From assembly GCA_040222015.1 (NCBI GenBank), contig JAVJWO010000115.1, positions 1-16,885 on the forward strand: a DNA stretch of 16,885 bases, read 5' to 3'. Shown here one piece after another: positions 1-6,400 of the stretch. The DNA comes from Coleofasciculus chthonoplastes F2-STO-03. GTDB lineage: Bacteria; Cyanobacteriota; Cyanobacteriia; Cyanobacteriales; Coleofasciculaceae. The notes beneath the pieces are model-generated. The model had not been told where the DNA came from. It saw only the letters and a program-made list of their open reading frames with translations, and searched no databases. Both the position numbers and the translations under genes were made by a program. The stretch's first letter is position 1. Every line of letters starts with the position of its first letter.

Positions 1-137
1 AACCAAGCCCCATAATAATTGTAGCGCCTCAGCTATTCAAAATTGAGAAAAACATCCAGATAACGCCCAAACCTTTTGTTATATAAAGGCTTTGAATATT
101 TCAACTAACAATTTAGCATAATAAGTACTGAAGAACC
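1..137. mobile_element. Possible terminal segment of an insertion sequence interrupting the methyltransferase
   Basis: On the minus strand the methyltransferase loses fold-like sequence right after QSRKF, where GGTTCTTCAGTACTTATTATGCTAAATT begins next to an AT-rich AAATTT. This string resembles cyanobacterial IS ends from memory only. No transposase or partner end lies in the window. Confidence 0.3.
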
Positions 138-585
138 GAAATTTCCGGCTTTGTGTAATCATTTCCGTAATAAACCAACGGCGGTCAGGAGTGCCTGCTT
201 TACAAAAGGGAGGATTACACAACACCATTTCGTAACGCTCTGGTATGGGGTCAAAACTAATCCAATCTTTAACCCAAGCATGACGATAGCTGACATTATT
301 CTGTGCCGCATTCTCCTTGGCAACATTGTTCACCTCCTCGCTAATGTCTGTAATATCAATATTCCTCGCACCAAGTTTGAGAGCAAGAATTGCATGGATT
401 CCGGAACCCGCTCCAATTTCAATGACTGATTTACCACAAAATACGTGAGGAACTCGAATCATTCCATTCGCCAGAGCATGTCCATGAGGTGTTGGTTTCC
501 AAGCCTCACCGCTTAAGTTTATTTTAATAACAAAAGGGTCAAAAAAGTATTTGGTTAAGATTTTGATAGGGCTGGTATTTGTCAT
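79..585 (-). CDS. Class I SAM-dependent methyltransferase (PrmA/HemK/MTS-like), probably C-terminally truncated
   Basis: Motif I VIEIGAGSG, acidic motif II ITDIS and NPPF motif IV (LCNPPF). Likely start is ATG at 585 (MTNTSP); the ORF track start at 678 is TTG. Only about 40 aa follow NPPF. Confidence 0.8.
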   Translation of the reverse strand: MTNTSPIKILTKYFFDPFVIKINLSGEAWKPTPHGHALANGMIRVPHVFCGKSVIEIGAGSGIHAILALKLGARNIDITDISEEVNNVAKENAAQNNVSYRHAWVKDWISFDPIPERYEMVLCNPPFCKAGTPDRRWFITEMITQSRKFRFFSTYYAKLLVEIFKAFI

Positions 586-687
586 GATTAATAATGGTTT
601 GATAGTTGAATAGATAGAATTGGCACAAATGCCAAAGGAGGTAAATCGTTGTTTAACAACTGACTTTTGTTTAAACAAGCTAGAAAG

Positions 688-1227
688 TCAAGAATAATTG
701 AGATTTCGTTCACTCAATTGACCTGTTTTTAGATCATATAGATGACATTTCTTAATGGGTAGCGAGTAGAGATGTAATGTAATGGCTTTTTGACTCTGAG
801 GATTAATCGAATGCCACGCCCGCGTGAAATTCATCAAACGGGATTTATCACCTTGGTGATACGTTATCCTATCTGTCTCACGTAAGATAAAATGTTGATC
901 ATGATCCAGCGTTGGCTGATAGAGTGTTTCCTCAATTGTGCCTTCGACCACATAAATCCAACAATCTTGACTTTGATGATCGTGAATTGGGCTAGCTTGT
1001 CCCTTATGCCAACATAAAATCAGCAGTTCATATAAGTCTGTGCTGTGGACTAAATTGCGAGTATAAGACCGCTCGTTCCAGGTACAGTAAGGGTCTATAT
1101 TATCTAGGTGTATATCAAGAGACTGAATCAGTTGGTCATAATAGGATGAATTTTTCGTCGCTGGAATACTCAATCCATGAATGAGATTTTCTAAAGAACA
1201 TAGTTTTGAAGGGTGGCTTAAATTCAT
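688..1227 (-). CDS. Cysteine dioxygenase type I (cupin thiol dioxygenase)
   Basis: YTRNLV (Arg60 equivalent), LILCW..GQASPIHDH (two Fe-ligand His), WHSI (third His) and TLHLYS (Ser/Thr-His-Tyr triad). An alternative GTG start lies at 1230. Confidence 0.9.
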   Translation of the reverse strand: MNLSHPSKLCSLENLIHGLSIPATKNSSYYDQLIQSLDIHLDNIDPYCTWNERSYTRNLVHSTDLYELLILCWHKGQASPIHDHQSQDCWIYVVEGTIEETLYQPTLDHDQHFILRETDRITYHQGDKSRLMNFTRAWHSINPQSQKAITLHLYSLPIKKCHLYDLKTGQLSERNLNYS

Positions 1228-1402
1228 CACAACAAAGACAACTAAAATTTACAACAAGTGTATGATGAAACATCTAGCCAATTTACAGTTCTACTAAGTC
1301 AATAGGGAAAGGAAGACGGGAGATGATCACCTTTGTAGGTTCTTAGTTTTCACGGTATGTGACCCAACGAAGGGAGGTAAGTTCTGAGTGAGAGATTGGG
1401 AG

Positions 1403-1470
1403 ATTGTGTAGGGGCGGGTTTTACTACTCTATTTTTGGTTTCACCAAGATGTGACTAAACCCGCCCCGAC
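1403..1470 (+). repeat. GTAG-type REP-like palindromic element, copy 1
   Basis: GTAGGGGCGGGTTT (1408-1421) pairs with AAACCCGCCCCGAC (1457-1470). Ungapped match to the reverse complement of 9321-9388 with 9 mismatches in 68 nt. Confidence 0.85.
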
Positions 1471-1487
1471 TCAGGTTAAACTAATCT

Positions 1488-3530
1488 TCAACTATGGTAA
1501 ATACCCGAGTTGGCATTAGGAGTACAATCCGGGATGATATTGCCGTAGCGTTCATCCAATAGCCAGTAACCTACTAAACCTGGCTCATACCCAGTTAAGC
1601 GGTGGTTCATATTGGCTTTAATGTCTGCTTCAGAGCGGGCGCTATCCCAGAGGCGAGCTTCAGCCATGTTACCGTAAAAATAACGACTACTGTCTCCATC
1701 GAGGCTACGACCGATGTAGAGGGGAGTATGATTAACGATCAGATTTCCTCCCGTTGGTCCTTCTGCCTTCAGTTCCCCATTAATGTAGGTTTTTGCCGTT
1801 GTGCCATCGTTGGTAATCGCTAAGTGATACCATTGATTCCATTGAATCGAACCATTAGCCGTATTTGGCGCTCCCGCATTCCCACCGGCTGGAGTATGGA
1901 AGCGGTGGTGAACATATCCCGCATTATTTAACCAGATATTAAAATTTCGACCTGGTTTGCCAATAACACCCTGCCAAGCGTCTTTCGGATCACTGGGTTT
2001 AAGCCAAACTTCAACTGTATAAGTTTGCACCCGCAAACTCGGATTATCTGAGATGACGAGATAATCATTTTTACCATCAAAACACATGGTCGAATAGGTA
2101 TCCAGTGTTTCTGGGGTGAGTTCTTCACCAACTGGACTCAACGTTTTTAAGAAACTCAGGCTGGGGGCAAAAAAGTATTCCCCGCCTTTCATGTGCACCC
2201 ACAGCTTAAACTTACATTCTGTGGTTGTTGATTCTCCCCAACCCGTGGGCCATTTGTGAGTTCCAGCCTGTTGACCAATAATCGGATCAGGACCGGTATT
2301 CACATTGACAAAATTATTCTGATTTGCCCAAGACGCTTGCATGAAATTGAACTGATTTTCAATATTCCCCTGGAAGCATAAAAACAGCAATCCTGAACCC
2401 GATGATGATTCGCGGGTAATGTCATTTTCCCCATAACTAATCCCGCGACGGGCAATGCGATGACCCCGTTCTGTCTCTAAGGCTTGCTCGTAATTGACCG
2501 AAGACCCGACTCGTCCGGTATCTCCACGCGGATTGGTTTTGCGAACGTGAGCATGGAAGGGACATTTTGTGCCTTGGGTATCATCTTCAAAACCAAAACT
2601 ATTGGTATCGGATGACGCAGGTATCGCTGAACGGGTGACGGGTGTACCATCTTTAAACCGACCAACCGTCATCGCACCCGCTAAATCATTGTCCACTCCT
2701 AACTTTTCCGCTAGTTGGCGCACTTCTTCATGGAAAGCTCTGACATTTTGTTCTAGTTTTCGGTAGACCAAATAACTGCCGTAGCTATCCTCCGTTGTCC
2801 CATTGGGGTCTTTGGCTAAAACTAAACCTAGTGGCGCACGGGAATCCCATTTTTCAAATTCACAGTTGTTATATTTATCTTTGAGAATATCCCGTTTCAA
2901 AAATAGCGGCTGACTCGTCCCATCCACATAGCCAAAATGTTCAATGGATTGATTTTTCTCGTTTCTGAGAATAAATCCATCTTCCCGATTGATAATATCA
3001 GCGACCTTGAGTAGCTTTTGTGACATGCGGTTGACTTCTTGGAGTAAATCCACTACATCATCATCTGCCATTAAGACCAAGGCATGAATTTCATCCTGAT
3101 ATCCCGGTTCCCATTCTTCCACAACCGGATCACCCATCAAGTTCCTCACTGCATCATTTTTCATGCCAAAGCGAAACGGCTGATCCTTGGGAGTGCGGAA
3201 GGGTTTAACTTCTAGATATTCATAGCCAAAACGAGATAAAAAGAAGTTGGCAAATAGACTTCCCTTGGCTTTGTACTTCCGGTAAAGTTCGGCTTCATCA
3301 GCCTGCTGTTTTGCCGAGGTTACATATTTGCGGGTAAACCCTTGAATCCATTTCTTGGCAGCATCGACTTGATCCGATTTAAATCTTAAGAAGAGATGGA
3401 CACTATGCTCTCGTCCATGTCCTTTGAGAATATTGCCTTGTAAATCGGTGAGTAAAGTTTTGTACTTCTCGTCGGCTGGGTCAATCCCATACTCATGAAC
3501 TGTGGTTAAATCTTGGTCGGTTAGTGCCAT
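1488..3530 (-). CDS. Dye-decolorizing (DyP-type) heme peroxidase, AnaPX-like, with C-terminal LamG/concanavalin-like domain
   Basis: LQGNILKGHGR, EHFGYVDGTSQP (GxxDG), CPFHAHVRKTNPR (proximal His), IARRGISYG (distal Arg), GLLFLCFQ and GGEYFFAPS. The C-terminal ~200 aa carry FDGKNDY, TVEVW, WYHLAIT, YINGEL, RLWDSARS and LVGYWLLDE, typical of LamG. SD AGGAG at 3538-3542. Confidence 0.95.
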   Translation of the reverse strand: MALTDQDLTTVHEYGIDPADEKYKTLLTDLQGNILKGHGREHSVHLFLRFKSDQVDAAKKWIQGFTRKYVTSAKQQADEAELYRKYKAKGSLFANFFLSRFGYEYLEVKPFRTPKDQPFRFGMKNDAVRNLMGDPVVEEWEPGYQDEIHALVLMADDDVVDLLQEVNRMSQKLLKVADIINREDGFILRNEKNQSIEHFGYVDGTSQPLFLKRDILKDKYNNCEFEKWDSRAPLGLVLAKDPNGTTEDSYGSYLVYRKLEQNVRAFHEEVRQLAEKLGVDNDLAGAMTVGRFKDGTPVTRSAIPASSDTNSFGFEDDTQGTKCPFHAHVRKTNPRGDTGRVGSSVNYEQALETERGHRIARRGISYGENDITRESSSGSGLLFLCFQGNIENQFNFMQASWANQNNFVNVNTGPDPIIGQQAGTHKWPTGWGESTTTECKFKLWVHMKGGEYFFAPSLSFLKTLSPVGEELTPETLDTYSTMCFDGKNDYLVISDNPSLRVQTYTVEVWLKPSDPKDAWQGVIGKPGRNFNIWLNNAGYVHHRFHTPAGGNAGAPNTANGSIQWNQWYHLAITNDGTTAKTYINGELKAEGPTGGNLIVNHTPLYIGRSLDGDSSRYFYGNMAEARLWDSARSEADIKANMNHRLTGYEPGLVGYWLLDERYGNIIPDCTPNANSGIYHS

Positions 3531-3561
3531 GGATATACTCCTGATTTTACGGGGGGAATGA

Positions 3562-3593
3562 CACTGCTGCCGTTATTGGCAACGGCAACAGTG
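3562..3593 (-). other. Intercistronic stem-loop between the copper radical oxidase and DyP genes
   Basis: Minus-strand RNA CACUGUUGCCGUU-GCCAAU-AACGGCAGCAGUG forms a 13-bp stem with one G.U pair (a C/A mismatch on the plus strand). No U-tract follows. Confidence 0.6.
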
Positions 3594-3615
3594 GAGAATT
3601 AGGGATGAAATGAAT

Positions 3616-6129
3616 TTACGCTTCTAGCTTCACCATTGTGGCTTTAGACGGCTTACCGATGTCATTGACATAGAACATCATGTAATAGCCCGGAGGGTAA
3701 AGATTCGCGTTTTCCGGTGCGGTGAAATTAATCGCAGACGGTGTACCGAGAGCAACGTTATTAATCGTCGCTGGTGCTAGCAGTTGTCCGTAATCTAAAC
3801 TGTGAGTCACGGTTCCCAGTTTCACCAAAACCATTGAGCCATCTTGGGTGGCATCTTTGACCGTGATGCTGCCAGATTCACCATAGTTTAATGTTTCAGG
3901 TGCCTGGACAATTTCTGGACGCGCTCCAGGTTTAAACAGATAGGGAGGGCTGAAGATTTCGGCTTGCCAAATCTCTGCCGGAACAAAGGGTAAGGGGTCT
4001 TCTTCTGCGAAGTAACTATTTTTCGGGTCAGCGTAATAGTTTTTCAGGAAGCTGTCATACTCAGCGTCAGAATTAACTTTTCCTGAACCCTTGGGTTGAT
4101 TGGGTTTATCGCTGAGTTTGGCTAAGACGTAGTAGTCATCGGCATCAGGTAAATCATCAACCCGAACCGTTCCATCTTTTGGCCGTGCCGCCCGACGGGG
4201 ATTACCACCAATGCTTAAAACCCGAGCATCGGGTAACAAGAGCGCCCCATTATGATACAGCCGGGGAAGCTGTGCCGGACTCATGGATTGCGTCGTATAG
4301 CCCCCTGGTGCATTCTCATCGGGTGTCATCAGCACCGGTTCATAAATAGGATCATATTCAGCATATTCACCCCCATTAATCACCAAGATTTCTTTTGTGG
4401 GTAGAATCACCGCCATATTCATGGCGCGGGGTTGATCCAAAAAGTTGTCTATGGCTTCCCATTTACCATTGGTTTCACCTGAATTTTTCGGAGAAATCCA
4501 ACGTTCTAAGCTGGTGGAAATCCGCGCACCTTTTGCTTTGAGGGATTCGTTCAAATCCGGGAATTGGGGCCAGCCGTAGGCAAGGCTATTCGTGTCTACT
4601 AAACCCCCAACAAGTAGCACATCACCTTGGTAATAGGGGTCAAGGAGTCCAGAGCCATAAACCTTAGACAGTTCCTTGCGGTCAGCCGCCACGTCAAATT
4701 TGACATCCAATTTGCCATTACCGTCATCAATGACGGACATCAAATAACTCTTGTTACTGGCATGAATTTCTAGGGGGAATTTCCCTGCACCATCACCCGT
4801 AATCATTAACCGACCATCGGCGGTGGGAAAGATACGGGGATAAACATCGATACTATCGTAAGCATCGATTTTCTTGGTAATTTGTTTGCCGTTGTACTCG
4901 TACTTGTCTTCGTATTCGACTTTGACATTAAAGGGACTGTCTTCAATGTAGTCGAGATCGATGTAATTGAGTTTCTTGGTTTTGGGGTCATAGATTTCAA
5001 TCGTGTGAGCAATCTGACCCGGTTTACCAAATTTCAGTCCGGAGAAAATAACGATTTTGCCATCGGCTAGGGGGACTAAACTGGGATACCAACGTCCTTC
5101 ATTGAACAAACCTGCGGTTGTCCATTTGTTTTCTTTCCAGTTGTAGATGTTGGTTTGTTTCGATCCTTCAAAGTTTTCGCCGGGATAGTAGCGATTGGTG
5201 CCACTGACAAACAGAACATTCCCATCTAATAGATGGATATGACCGGAACAGAAGAGATCATTACTTTGACCATTTTGGACAGCGGGGGGAGAATCGATGC
5301 GTTGATAGGTTCCCGTTTCCGGATCAAATAGAGACGTATTGTTGACGACATCATAGTCCGTCGAATCAACCCCATCACTAAACTCAACTTTATCACCGTC
5401 TTTGATCAGGGTATTCCGATTACTACTACCGTTAGCAATCAGGACTTTACCATTGGGCAGAACCGCTGTATGTACGGCTTGCATCCAATCGTCTTGGTTA
5501 GGGGGTAAGGGAACAGTTTCCCATGCACCAATTTCAGCTCTGGGATCATTGGCTTCCCCATAAATCGTGGCAATAAATTTAGTCCCATCCAGATCAGCCT
5601 CTTTGCGGGGACCAACAACAAAATCAATATCAGAGCCTTTCTTGACAGTAGCCTTGATGTTGAAATTGACGCCCTGACTATCGTTGCCTTCAATTTTTTG
5701 CGACCAAACCCGTTCACCATCAACAAAGATATAGCCTTTGATGCCATCACCACCGAGTTCGGCTTTTGCCAGTTGACCACTGATGGTGATTTCACCATCG
5801 ACTTCGCTTTTCCAGCGACGGATGGGCCATTTTTTGCTACCCGCTTTACTGGGTTTAGCCGCTTCGGAAGATAGCTTGGTGTTTGGGTCAACTTGCCAAC
5901 TGCCGCCTGTGTAAGCGGACATTTCCTCAAAGTAAGGAACGTACAGTTGATCGCCAACGTAGCCGTAGAACCAATTCTCTTTTCCTTGCGTTCCGGAAAA
6001 ATCACTGATTGAATCGGCAATTTTGACACCGGATGCCGCTTGCGCTTGTGCTGGAGTTGGGTTGAAAATTAGTGTCAACAACCCCAGCATAAAAACAGAT
6101 AGAAATGCTAGGAATTTCCTTTTCTTCAT
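3616..6129 (-). CDS. Secreted galactose-oxidase/GlxA-like copper radical oxidase (AA5; kelch propeller plus C-terminal Ig-like DUF1929 domain) with N-terminal beta-sandwich domain
   Basis: Sec signal MKKRKFLAFLSVFMLGLLTLIFNPTPAQA. Catalytic motifs DLFCSGH (Cys codon 5248-5250), RWYPS (Tyr 5086-5088), RLYHNGALLLPDARV (Tyr/His 4252-4257) and VTHSLDYGQ (His 3802-3804). EIFSPPYLF and PPGYYMMF..GKPS mark the C-domain. Confidence 0.93.
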   Translation of the reverse strand: MKKRKFLAFLSVFMLGLLTLIFNPTPAQAQAASGVKIADSISDFSGTQGKENWFYGYVGDQLYVPYFEEMSAYTGGSWQVDPNTKLSSEAAKPSKAGSKKWPIRRWKSEVDGEITISGQLAKAELGGDGIKGYIFVDGERVWSQKIEGNDSQGVNFNIKATVKKGSDIDFVVGPRKEADLDGTKFIATIYGEANDPRAEIGAWETVPLPPNQDDWMQAVHTAVLPNGKVLIANGSSNRNTLIKDGDKVEFSDGVDSTDYDVVNNTSLFDPETGTYQRIDSPPAVQNGQSNDLFCSGHIHLLDGNVLFVSGTNRYYPGENFEGSKQTNIYNWKENKWTTAGLFNEGRWYPSLVPLADGKIVIFSGLKFGKPGQIAHTIEIYDPKTKKLNYIDLDYIEDSPFNVKVEYEDKYEYNGKQITKKIDAYDSIDVYPRIFPTADGRLMITGDGAGKFPLEIHASNKSYLMSVIDDGNGKLDVKFDVAADRKELSKVYGSGLLDPYYQGDVLLVGGLVDTNSLAYGWPQFPDLNESLKAKGARISTSLERWISPKNSGETNGKWEAIDNFLDQPRAMNMAVILPTKEILVINGGEYAEYDPIYEPVLMTPDENAPGGYTTQSMSPAQLPRLYHNGALLLPDARVLSIGGNPRRAARPKDGTVRVDDLPDADDYYVLAKLSDKPNQPKGSGKVNSDAEYDSFLKNYYADPKNSYFAEEDPLPFVPAEIWQAEIFSPPYLFKPGARPEIVQAPETLNYGESGSITVKDATQDGSMVLVKLGTVTHSLDYGQLLAPATINNVALGTPSAINFTAPENANLYPPGYYMMFYVNDIGKPSKATMVKLEA

Positions 6130-6211
6130 GAATTATTTGGGTTAAAAAACTGTGTCTGCTTGAGTTTTTGTGTTTTGGGGGAGCCAACTCATCCTTTTTA
6201 TGCTCAGATTT

Positions 6212-6251
6212 AGTATAGGATGTTTTGGCTACCTTTTGACAAAAAAGTCAA
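6212..6251 (-). promoter_or_regulatory. Candidate promoter for the copper radical oxidase gene: TTGAC-N6-GTCAA palindrome plus TATACT -10
   Basis: Perfect inverted repeat at 6236-6240/6247-6251 and minus-strand TATACT at 6217-6212, inside a 271-bp intergenic gap. Confidence 0.3.
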
Positions 6252-6400
6252 CTCAATTTGTGGCAAATTAAAGCTAAACGCTAATGCAAATCTGCCAATG
6301 ATGACGACTCATCTAAACAGCGCGAAAACTGATTAGTTGGTCGCTGTCAGCGGATTTAAACGAGGATGCGTTCAAATTTTTAACCTGACATTTGCATGAA

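Noticed and set aside
586..678. N-terminal 31-aa extension of the methyltransferase from the TTG start
   Set aside because: Not domain-like; the ATG at 585 gives a normal-length N-terminus before motif I.
151..2766. Short ORFs 151-429, 1602-1823, 1928-2131, 2477-2665 and 2569-2766
   Set aside because: Antisense or off-frame shadows inside well-supported genes, with no recognisable motifs.
5439..6029. 196-aa same-strand alternative-frame ORF inside the oxidase gene (also 4806-5030, 4882-5070, 6002-6187)
   Set aside because: Overlaps a coherent domain in the main frame; K/R/S/P-rich composition typical of off-frame translation; no sign of a frameshift.
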